Part shown: piece by piece, positions 1 through 6,514 of the stretch
Position numbering within the stretch: position 1 is the first letter of the stretch
Layout of the letters: each line of letters begins with the position of its first letter
Origin: a virus
Lineage: Duplodnaviria > Caudoviricetes
Reading direction: 5' to 3' (one strand)
Length of the DNA stretch: 28,075 nt
Virus record (IMG/VR): IMGVR_UViG_3300025673_000013
Coordinates: 1 to 28,075 of that record
The notes under the pieces: generated by a model
Seen by the model: only the letters and a program-made list of their open reading frames with translations
Told to the model about the DNA's origin: nothing
The model's database searches: none
Program-made: the position numbers and the translations under genes

Positions 1-2
1 AG

Positions 3-59
3 GTAGATTCTTATGTAAAACCTGATCTTGAGTCTGCTCTTCGGGAGACGTTATATTGA
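3..59 (+). CDS. 3' end of a truncated gene, possibly a MazG-like/NTP pyrophosphohydrolase
   Basis: Frame reads VDSYVKPDLESALRETLY*. The YxKPDL ending resembles C-termini of phage NTP-PPase family proteins. Its TGA overlaps the TTG start of the next ORF. Confidence 0.3.
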   Translation, partial: VDSYVKPDLESALRETLY

Positions 60-256
60 GAATTAAGACAGGTGATTACGAGATTAAATTTTACGACAGG
101 TATGGGGCCAAGGTGAAAACCACACGTAAAGCATCAGCGTCCAGTTACACATCAGCGATTTTGAAAGGGAGAAAATTCATTGGCATCCACGGCCTTAATT
201 CTTTTCGTGTTGACCGTTTGATTTATAACTCTCTGGATAAGAGGGGATTCTTTTGA
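56..256 (+). CDS. hypothetical protein (66 aa)
   Basis: ORF track. GGGAG upstream, TTGA overlaps with both neighbours. Confidence 0.6.
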   Translation: MRIKTGDYEIKFYDRYGAKVKTTRKASASSYTSAILKGRKFIGIHGLNSFRVDRLIYNSLDKRGFF

Positions 257-387
257 ATGAGTGGCTCAACAAGTGGATAGGTTGGGGTCGTGATGACCAT
301 AGATGTCAGGGGTATATCGTATCCCCAAGAGAAGGCGTCAAGACTTGTACGACTTGTGGTAAGAGGACGCCCCTATCTCAAGTGTAG
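253..387 (+). CDS. small putative Zn-binding protein (44 aa)
   Basis: Hand translation MNEWLNKWIGWGRDDHRCQGYIVSPREGVKTCTTCGKRTPLSQV*. HxC...CxxC motif, GAGGGG RBS at 241-246, TTGA overlap. Confidence 0.5.
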   Translation: MNEWLNKWIGWGRDDHRCQGYIVSPREGVKTCTTCGKRTPLSQV

Positions 388-539
388 TCATCGTAGAGTT
401 CCAAGTACTCAGTGTATTTGAGATACTCTTTTAATTTGTCTTGGTGTAACTTTTTATAACCCAGACACCACTCACATTGATATTTGTGGGTGGTGTCCTC
501 GGCTATGCCAGTGCCTTTGCAGTGTGGGCAGGGTGTCAT
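378..539 (-). CDS. small DnaJ-type zinc-finger protein (53 aa)
   Basis: Hand translation MTPCPHCKGTGIAEDTTHKYQCEWCLGYKKLHQDKLKEYLKYTEYLELYDDYT*. CxxCxGxG and CxxCxG motifs, TGATG coupling to the upstream ORF. Confidence 0.7.
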   Translation of the reverse strand: MTPCPHCKGTGIAEDTTHKYQCEWCLGYKKLHQDKLKEYLKYTEYLELYDDYT

Positions 540-859
540 CAATGAAAAGTCCTGTCAGGGTGATTTAGGAACTGGAAGTTAACACTCACATCCTCATCAC
601 TAAAGTCGTATGCGATCTTCTCGACAAGAGTCTCGACAATCTCTGACCACTGCCCTACATCAGCTTCAGCGGTGAGTAGACTGAACAACCCACAGCCCAC
701 CAAAACTTCACTCAGCTTAGACACAGTGACATCATCATCACCATGCCGTTGCGACAACAACCTTAACGCTCTGAGAAACGTGTTGACGGCATCCTCTCTT
801 AGTTGAGTGTCCTTATCCCTCAACGTATCCAACTCTGCCTGAGTTAACTTTTTATCCAT
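539..859 (-). CDS. hypothetical protein (106 aa)
   Basis: ORF track. Part of an overlapping minus-strand gene chain. Confidence 0.75.
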   Translation of the reverse strand: MDKKLTQAELDTLRDKDTQLREDAVNTFLRALRLLSQRHGDDDVTVSKLSEVLVGCGLFSLLTAEADVGQWSEIVETLVEKIAYDFSDEDVSVNFQFLNHPDRTFH

Positions 860-1076
860 GACTCAGTTTACCACCGAACACCCCAGAATAAATGTTAAGA
901 GTGTAGTGAGGTTCCCGATGGTTCACTACCCTGAACTCTCGTATGTCTGCATCCACAATTCCCCTCAGAAACTTGGTTGCTTTCCGATGACTGTTGAACT
1001 CAGCTAATTCCAACCATCTGTTGCCAACCTTTTCTTCCACGATCAACCAACGCTTAAACGAATGTAGTCTGCTCAT
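852..1076 (-). CDS. hypothetical protein (74 aa)
   Basis: ORF track. ATGA overlap with the upstream gene, G-rich RBS. Confidence 0.7.
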   Translation of the reverse strand: MSRLHSFKRWLIVEEKVGNRWLELAEFNSHRKATKFLRGIVDADIREFRVVNHREPHYTLNIYSGVFGGKLSHG

Positions 1077-1684
1077 GACTTAACCCCCCTCGGTGTAGGT
1101 CTTACCTCATTGATATAGTTGCGTAACGCACGTTGTGCGTCCTTCACACCGTACTCAGAGGGGATAGTCTCCCTGAGAATTTCTTGCATAATAAATATTT
1201 TCATATCCTCATGGTTCTCAGGCCCACCACCCATCACAGGGTAGACAGTACACTCAAGCCAACCGTATATAAAATCTTTCAACGTCTCGATGGTGTTGGT
1301 GTCCCAGTTGCAGTCAGACCACAGATCGGAGGCTTCCTGTTCAACACGTTCAAGTGTTTCCCAGAATGTATGCGGCTCAACCCAGACTAAAGGAATCTCT
1401 GAATCACTACCCTCAACGATAGATGAGATGCCAACACCTGTAATTTCAATCTTACTGCTCGGTGTGTCAGACAAGGGGTTGTAGATGCTATCCCTTCGGG
1501 GTAGGTCTTCACCACTAGTCACCCAACTACCCATGTCGTTCAGTTGGAACTGCACGGAGATGTTCACCCCCACGCCCGCCTTGTATATACTGCGGTAGAA
1601 TTCATACGGTGACTCATAGTCCTTCATCAGTTCCTTGAAACTACTTACTGGTTTTTCTTCCATTACTCGGTTTGTTCTGCTCAT
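1073..1684 (-). CDS. hypothetical acidic protein (203 aa, start revised from 1795)
   Basis: AAAAATGGAG RBS lies 6 nt before the ATG at 1684. The longer track start runs through the hairpin element. Confidence 0.75.
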   Translation of the reverse strand: MSRTNRVMEEKPVSSFKELMKDYESPYEFYRSIYKAGVGVNISVQFQLNDMGSWVTSGEDLPRRDSIYNPLSDTPSSKIEITGVGISSIVEGSDSEIPLVWVEPHTFWETLERVEQEASDLWSDCNWDTNTIETLKDFIYGWLECTVYPVMGGGPENHEDMKIFIMQEILRETIPSEYGVKDAQRALRNYINEVRPTPRGVKS

Positions 1685-1705
1685 ACATCTCTCCATTTTT
1701 GATTG

Positions 1706-1766
1706 ACTCATTGCTATGCCAACTGTCACAGTTGACATAGAAATGAGTGGCCCAACACAGGGCCAC
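1706..1766 (-). promoter_or_regulatory. double-hairpin element copy 1 (short GC hairpin plus long RNase III-like stem)
   Basis: GTGGCCC-TGTGTT-GGGCCAC, then ACTCATT-T-CTATGTCAACTG-TGA-CAGTTGGCATAG-C-AATGAGT. Confidence 0.7.
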
Positions 1767-1772
1767 CAACCC

Positions 1773-2048
1773 TCAGTATATAAACTCAACTTCAATAACT
1801 TCGGGGTATTCCTTTTGAATGCAGTCGGCTAGTCTGTGCAGGGCAGGATCAGATACATCCCCATGAATCTCAGTGACTTTTGCTAAACCATTTACGATTT
1901 TGCAAGTGATAGTCCAGACTTGGTTTAGGTTTACCCCTGTAAGGTCTTGTACAAACTTATCTGAATCAGATAGATCACTCGTTAATCTCCAGTTTTTAAT
2001 GGTCTTACTCTTCGGCATATCAAAAACAATCTTTGCTGTTGTACTCAT
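1773..2048 (-). CDS. hypothetical protein (91 aa)
   Basis: ORF track. GAGGTG RBS, ATGA overlap. Confidence 0.75.
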   Translation of the reverse strand: MSTTAKIVFDMPKSKTIKNWRLTSDLSDSDKFVQDLTGVNLNQVWTITCKIVNGLAKVTEIHGDVSDPALHRLADCIQKEYPEVIEVEFIY

Positions 2049-2260
2049 AACTCACCTCTTATAATTAAAATTTCTGTTATTAATTTATCTAGCTTTTCAT
2101 TCTGGTCTTTCACAAATTCATGTGCGACCTCGACATACGGACTGTCCAAAAACTTCAAAGCGACAGCCAATGACTGTCCTTTATCAATCTCTTTCTCGAC
2201 TTGTCTGCGTTGTACATCAAGTTCATCAACTCGTTGAGTCTTGTAATCAAGTACGTTCAT
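2045..2260 (-). CDS. hypothetical coiled-coil protein (71 aa)
   Basis: ORF track. ATGA overlaps at both ends. Confidence 0.75.
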   Translation of the reverse strand: MNVLDYKTQRVDELDVQRRQVEKEIDKGQSLAVALKFLDSPYVEVAHEFVKDQNEKLDKLITEILIIRGEL

Positions 2261-2568
2261 GAGTTACCCACCCTTTCAATCTTCAGTTCCTTGCGGAGTG
2301 TGTTAATCACTTTGTTAGCATCGAGAAGTTCCTTTCGCAAGGAGACAACCTCACGCAAGTGGCTCCATGTTCCCAACTCCTCTCTGTTGAGTACCCTGAA
2401 CCACACCTTTTCTCTGTGGGTTTTTCCGTCTGACTCATTGAGCCAGTTCACTAACTGCGTAGGGGTATCCCCCACCATAAGCCACGCAGTGGGGTTATCT
2501 TCGGGGCCGTCATTCTTCCCACTTTTATTTTGCTGTGCCACTTGAAAATATCGTTTTAGTTCCACCAT
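2257..2568 (-). CDS. hypothetical protein (103 aa, start revised from 2580)
   Basis: The ATG at 2580 is part of the conserved AAAAATGGAG RBS. The ATG at 2568 is correctly spaced from it. Confidence 0.7.
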   Translation of the reverse strand: MVELKRYFQVAQQNKSGKNDGPEDNPTAWLMVGDTPTQLVNWLNESDGKTHREKVWFRVLNREELGTWSHLREVVSLRKELLDANKVINTLRKELKIERVGNS

Positions 2569-2608
2569 CTCACTCTCCATTTTTGTTATAATTACTTGCG
2601 GTTAAAAC

Positions 2609-2650
2609 TTGCGGCTAGGAATTTCGTTTGCGATAGGTTCCTAGCCGCAA
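2609..2650 (-). terminator. 13-bp perfect inverted repeat, probable terminator or processing stem
   Basis: TTGCGGCTAGGAA (2609-2621) / TTCCTAGCCGCAA (2638-2650), just after the DUF932-like stop. Followed by GTTTT on the minus strand. Confidence 0.5.
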
Positions 2651-2655
2651 CCTTT

Positions 2656-3429
2656 TTATGCGGCCTCAAGTCTGTACAATTCCTCATCAAGGATTCTGGT
2701 CTGGATTGCAGTTCTATTAGCCACTAATTGTGGGTTACATTCCGTGCCATTTCGACTAGGCTTTATAGCCTGAGTCATTGCCTGTTGTAATCGCCACAAC
2801 GATAGCCCATTTTCGGAATGCTCTTTGTACTTTGGAGCATCCCATTGCTGAATCGCACACCCAAGTTGAGTGGGCGATAGGCCGCCTTTTCTGAATACAT
2901 TCCCCAACACGCTCGTGCCACGATCCTGAGATAACTCTACGTCTTTGTAAGCTTTTATAAACTCAATTTGACGTTCCAAAATCTCTGGGACTCTCTCAAA
3001 TATCCCATCAATAATGAAGGGCATACGCTCGTTGATGTTGAGCGTTTGTTTGGTGCTGACAGCATCACCTAAGTCACCTGAAAACGATAAATTGCTACAC
3101 ACCATAACCCTGTTACCAATTACTAAAGACCTTGGTAAGGTACTGTTAGTACTAGCACGTAGTCCGATTATTGGGTGCCACGTTGGGTCATCGGGGTTTG
3201 CCAATTTTAAACACCCAAAGAACTGCTGATGTTTATTGGTGGTAACGAACTCTGATTGAGTAACCGTGATGCCATGTTTGGTGATGCTTTCCATAACCTG
3301 TTCAGCGAATGTGCTGAACTCTACAGGATTGTGAAATTTACCAATGTTGTTAGCTTTTGGTAAAGACTTGAGACCTTCTAACGTGTGATGCACGTTCTTA
3401 GCTGATGGGTAAAGTAATGCTGTTGTCAT
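2656..3429 (-). CDS. DUF932-family protein
   Basis: Motif IGLRASTNSTLPRSLVIGNRVMVCSNLSF and C-terminal SLWRLQQAMTQAIK match my recollection of DUF932 proteins. GGAG RBS. Confidence 0.75.
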   Translation of the reverse strand: MTTALLYPSAKNVHHTLEGLKSLPKANNIGKFHNPVEFSTFAEQVMESITKHGITVTQSEFVTTNKHQQFFGCLKLANPDDPTWHPIIGLRASTNSTLPRSLVIGNRVMVCSNLSFSGDLGDAVSTKQTLNINERMPFIIDGIFERVPEILERQIEFIKAYKDVELSQDRGTSVLGNVFRKGGLSPTQLGCAIQQWDAPKYKEHSENGLSLWRLQQAMTQAIKPSRNGTECNPQLVANRTAIQTRILDEELYRLEAA

Positions 3430-3527
3430 TTTATTTCTCCAGTTGTGTTGTTTAAAATTTTTAGCATTTGCTAAAAGTTAAGTTAATTTTATTCCTATGC
3501 TGTAGCTATGTCAACAGCTAATGCTAT
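3430..3527 (-). promoter_or_regulatory. early promoter cassette A
   Basis: TTGACA (3514-3509), 17 bp, TAAAAT (3491-3486). Palindrome TTTTAGCAAATGCTAAAA at 3459-3476, GGAG RBS. Confidence 0.85.
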
Positions 3528-3700
3528 TTAGTTTCGATTAAATATAGATGCGTGGATTTACAGACAGGGCAGAAAACTTCACACTTTCCATCCTTAACGA
3601 TGCGGTCATTTTCTGCGTGATCAGTGCCACGGTAGTGACAGCGTAGGCATTCCGATTCGGAATCACCTTCGATGATCACCCATGAATTTTTGATGCTCAT
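3524..3700 (-). CDS. small zinc-ribbon protein (58 aa)
   Basis: Hand translation MSIKNSWVIIEGDSESECLRCHYRGTDHAENDRIVKDGKCEVFCPVCKSTHLYLIETK*. Two CxxC pairs, ATGA overlap. Confidence 0.7.
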   Translation of the reverse strand: MSIKNSWVIIEGDSESECLRCHYRGTDHAENDRIVKDGKCEVFCPVCKSTHLYLIETK

Positions 3701-3891
3701 GTCTCATCCTCAATCATCACGCAGTAATACCCTGATAACCCTGCTGTCTGTTCATTTAATACGACTGCGTTCAAATAGGCGTCACACTCACGTTGATGTT
3801 CTGAGCAGATATGCCCCCCATCCCCCACAGCACCCTCAGTTACGAACTCGGATATTTTTTTAGGCGTCCAAACTGTGAAATACTTACTCAT
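3697..3891 (-). CDS. hypothetical protein (64 aa)
   Basis: ORF track. ATGA overlaps on both sides. Confidence 0.65.
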   Translation of the reverse strand: MSKYFTVWTPKKISEFVTEGAVGDGGHICSEHQRECDAYLNAVVLNEQTAGLSGYYCVMIEDET

Positions 3892-3992
3892 GTCAGTTCG
3901 TATGTGACCGTGTAACGTCCTGATTTAGATGTGCGGATGATGTCTTTACTGCTTACAAAATTCCTAGCACTTTCGATGTCTCTACCTGCCAT
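3888..3992 (-). CDS. small hypothetical protein (34 aa)
   Basis: MAGRDIESARNFVSSKDIIRTSKSGRYTVTYELT*. Conserved AAAATGGAG RBS, ATGA coupling to the next ORF. Confidence 0.6.
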   Translation of the reverse strand: MAGRDIESARNFVSSKDIIRTSKSGRYTVTYELT

Positions 3993-4012
3993 GATATTCT
4001 CCATTTTAGTTG

Positions 4013-4072
4013 TCGTATTGTTATGTCAACTGATAGCAATTGACATAAAAATACGAGGGGTTTTCACCCCTC
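4013..4072 (-). promoter_or_regulatory. double-hairpin element copy 2
   Basis: GAGGGG-TGAAAA-CCCCTC, then TCGTATT-T-TTATGTCAATTG-CTAT-CAGTTGACATAA-C-AATACGA. Confidence 0.7.
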
Positions 4073-4079
4073 AGTTTTT

Positions 4080-4394
4080 TTAAATGAAGGGAAAACCACC
4101 CATTCCTAATGGGCTTTTGGTCAACTCTCTGGCCCACTTAACTGATGCATCGTTACGTGCGTCTGTGTAGTCCTTCATGCCATGAACCTCGATGGTTTTT
4201 AGTACCGCACCCATGAAGCATTGCTGTAATGTTGGATGTTGAAAGGTCAATGATTTACCCATCATTTCACCCACCTCAGTGCTATCGCCTAAGTTGATTT
4301 CTTTAATCAACGCTTCCATGGCGTCTTTAATACGCTGTTCTTTGTCCGTCTTTGCTATGTGTCTGTTCAATGCTATTGCTAGTTCATCAGTCAT
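4080..4394 (-). CDS. hypothetical protein (104 aa)
   Basis: ORF track. GGAG RBS, directly downstream of promoter cassette B. Confidence 0.8.
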   Translation of the reverse strand: MTDELAIALNRHIAKTDKEQRIKDAMEALIKEINLGDSTEVGEMMGKSLTFQHPTLQQCFMGAVLKTIEVHGMKDYTDARNDASVKWARELTKSPLGMGGFPFI

Positions 4395-4487
4395 TTTATT
4401 CTCCAGTTTTGTTAAAGTTTTCTAGCAATTGCTAGGGTTAAGTTAATCATAATCCTAGCTAACTGCTATGTCAATCGCTAATGCTAT
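4395..4487 (-). promoter_or_regulatory. early promoter cassette B
   Basis: TTGACA (4474-4469), 17 bp, TATGAT (4451-4446). Perfect palindrome CTAGCAATTGCTAG at 4422-4435. Confidence 0.85.
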
Positions 4488-5040
4488 CGATTGTCACCTT
4501 TGTGGGTCTTTGCACTATTGTTTGTGCAGTTCCATCCCGTACACCATGCTCTTTTACTTTGGCCCAGAAATTGACGGTATCGCCCTTTTCTGCCGATGCC
4601 ATGGCCCCTGTACCTTTCCATATAATCACGTTATGGCCCTGCTTCATGATCTTGACGCAGGTCGTGCCGAAAGCCGTTTCGTAGTATGCGGTTCCAAAAA
4701 CAACACACGTGAATGGCTCACGCTCACCCACAACACCAACATGGCCCGATAATGCGTTCAAACGCTCATAACTTGCTTTACGTTCAGCCTTTTTAGCAAT
4801 TATTTTTTCAACTGCTTTGACTTGATTAGCAGTAAGGCCACCGTATTCCAACCATGATGCATACATTTTGTCTATAAAATTTCTGTCTAAGGTCGTGCCC
4901 TGCTCATTCAAAAAATCCACAATTTTTGGATGTTCTGCGTTAAACTTTTTTGTTCTGGTCTTACAAGCATTTGCCATTTTATAACGATCAATTGACGGAA
5001 AGTAATTGGCCGCCCCTAGATGTTCTTCGTCGTACGCCAT
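4471..5040 (-). CDS. hypothetical protein with a probable C-terminal OB-fold-like beta domain (189 aa, start revised from 5055)
   Basis: C-terminal HVGVVGERE...NVIIWKG...KGDTVNFWAKVKEH...QTIVQRP pattern seen in phage hypothetical proteins. AAAAATGGAG RBS. Confidence 0.75.
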   Translation of the reverse strand: MAYDEEHLGAANYFPSIDRYKMANACKTRTKKFNAEHPKIVDFLNEQGTTLDRNFIDKMYASWLEYGGLTANQVKAVEKIIAKKAERKASYERLNALSGHVGVVGEREPFTCVVFGTAYYETAFGTTCVKIMKQGHNVIIWKGTGAMASAEKGDTVNFWAKVKEHGVRDGTAQTIVQRPTKVTIDSISD

Positions 5041-5136
5041 AATAATATTCTCCATTTTTGTTAAAAGTTCCTAGCAATTGCTAAGGCTTAATTAATACTA
5101 AACCTTAGCAAATGATATGTCAATAGCTAAAGCTAT
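5041..5136 (-). promoter_or_regulatory. early promoter cassette C
   Basis: TTGACA (5123-5118), 17 bp, TAGTAT (5100-5095). Palindrome TAGCAATTGCTA at 5072-5083. Confidence 0.85.
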
Positions 5137-5306
5137 TAAAATTCCGATTCTATTCTTTCTAAAGTTAGTGATTTAAATTCATAGCCGATTTTTTTGGCTA
5201 ATTTTCCAAATACACTTTTGGCCCCATGCTCTGATGAATACCAGTTGTAGACGCCAGTTTTACCAGTCAGTTTTTCAAACTTAATAACAAAAGTTTCTGT
5301 AATCAT
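5136..5306 (-). CDS. small hypothetical protein (56 aa)
   Basis: MITETFVIKFEKLTGKTGVYNWYSSEHGAKSVFGKLAKKIGYEFKSLTLERIESEF*. AAAAATGGAG RBS, exactly fills the gap between regulatory elements. Confidence 0.7.
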   Translation of the reverse strand: MITETFVIKFEKLTGKTGVYNWYSSEHGAKSVFGKLAKKIGYEFKSLTLERIESEF

Positions 5307-5335
5307 TTTTAACGCTCCATTTTTAGTTAGTTAAT

Positions 5336-5394
5336 TTTATTGCTAAGTCAACTTTTGATAAATTGACTTAGAAATAAAGGGCCATTTCTGGCCC
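5336..5394 (-). promoter_or_regulatory. double-hairpin element copy 3
   Basis: GGGCCA-GAAA-TGGCCC, then TTTATT-T-CTAAGTCAATTT-ATCAA-AAGTTGACTTAG-C-AATAAA. Confidence 0.7.
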
Positions 5395-5406
5395 GATAGT
5401 TTTTAA

Positions 5407-5997
5407 TTAATGAATTCCAAAAACTACGTCTTTTTCTGTTGACCAACAAGCTTTACAGGTATCACATTTAAGGGTATTTTTACCCGCTCCACCTTCACAC
5501 TTAAAGGCGTCTTTAGGTATACGACTATCGCCTTCAATCCAAGCGTTGACGCCTGTAGCATTTAGTTTTTCTTTGCCTATCCACTGACTATGTATTATTT
5601 TTAAATTGCTTGGGATTTTTGAAAATTCCAAATTTGCCGACTTAGTGAAGGCTAAAAATTTGGTTAATGGCTGGGATAGTGCGACTTCAATCCACGCGTC
5701 TAGGCTAATTTGATCGATAAAATCACCGGCTACATGGATTCTGAAAAGTTTGGGTTTTTTCTTTTTAGAATCGAACCATTTAATTAACAAGCCGGCATAG
5801 ATTGACCTGTCATCTAACCGCTGTAGTTGGCTATTGTTTTTCCACGCTTTTCTAACGCTTGGGTATTGTTTATAGGCTTTTAGGGCGTAACATGCGTCTT
5901 TGCATTCATCACATTCGATACAATCCGCGACAGGGACTGTTGATATATTAGGGATTTTGCCTAGTTTAGAATTGTTAGGCGATATTTTTAATTCCAT
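5407..5997 (-). CDS. GP88-like cysteine-rich protein (196 aa, start revised from 6060)
   Basis: N-terminal NSKLGK, CxxCxxCxxxCYA, FRIHVAGDF, FLAFTK and C-terminal C...CxxCxxCW match mycobacteriophage gp88-like proteins. GGAG at 6007-6004. Confidence 0.75.
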   Translation of the reverse strand: MELKISPNNSKLGKIPNISTVPVADCIECDECKDACYALKAYKQYPSVRKAWKNNSQLQRLDDRSIYAGLLIKWFDSKKKKPKLFRIHVAGDFIDQISLDAWIEVALSQPLTKFLAFTKSANLEFSKIPSNLKIIHSQWIGKEKLNATGVNAWIEGDSRIPKDAFKCEGGAGKNTLKCDTCKACWSTEKDVVFGIH

Positions 5998-6085
5998 TAT
6001 TGACTCCATGTGTTGTTTAAAATCAGTAAGCAAATGCTTAACTTGATTCCAGATTATCATTCACAATTTGATATGTCAATAGCAT
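5998..6085 (-). promoter_or_regulatory. early promoter cassette D
   Basis: TTGACA (6079-6074), 17 bp, TAATCT (6056-6051). Palindrome TAAGCATTTGCTTA at 6027-6040. Confidence 0.75.
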
Positions 6086-6166
6086 AAAGTTAAAACACGG
6101 CTTTAAAAATCCCTTATATAAAGTATAAGTCTTGAAATCTGTACAGCATTCAATCCTTGTTGAACA

Positions 6167-6207
6167 ATTTAAAAATCAATGTCTTATGCTAGAATTGATT
6201 TTTAAAT
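6167..6207. repeat. 14-bp perfect inverted repeat in the divergent intergenic region
   Basis: ATTTAAAAATCAAT (6167-6180) / ATTGATTTTTAAAT (6194-6207). Confidence 0.8.
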
Positions 6208-6514
6208 GGTAGGTCATTTAGGTCATTATTTATAAAGTTAAAATAACACTCATAGCTTAATCAATAGCTTACAGTTAGTGGTGTCAAAAAGGCGTCAAAA
6301 GGAGCGGTATTAGAAAGGTAAAAAATAAAAATGGGGGGGGCGGTTTTCAGACCCTAGAGACCCCCTGTGGGGGTCGTGGCCCCCACTCTGATACAAATAC
6401 AATAATGACGGTGAATTAGTAGTAAAAATAAAATCGGGATTTTTATATTAGGGGGGTGGGACTCGCGACCCCACCCTTTAACACAGTACGAGGGGTGGCT
6501 CATGGAAGGGCCGT

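Noticed and set aside
1685-1795. N-terminal extension of the 240-aa ORF in the track
   Set aside because: It runs through the double-hairpin element and overlaps the upstream gene. The conserved RBS points to ATG 1684.
4021-4049. TTGACA/TTGACT inside the long hairpins as promoter -35 boxes
   Set aside because: No -10 hexamer at 16-18 bp spacing in the copies and orientations I checked, and strand-specific G-U pairs favour an RNA stem.
1133-4752. Plus-strand ORFs in the early region (1133, 1290, 1873, 2201, 3014, 3672, 4468, 4481)
   Set aside because: They are antisense shadows of a coupled minus-strand gene chain that has promoters and RBSs.
3430-6085. Repeated elements as a CRISPR array or integron attC sites
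   Set aside because: Copies are degenerate, irregularly spaced by whole genes, and explained by -35/-10/RBS content. There is no cas gene, integrase or attC core pattern in view.
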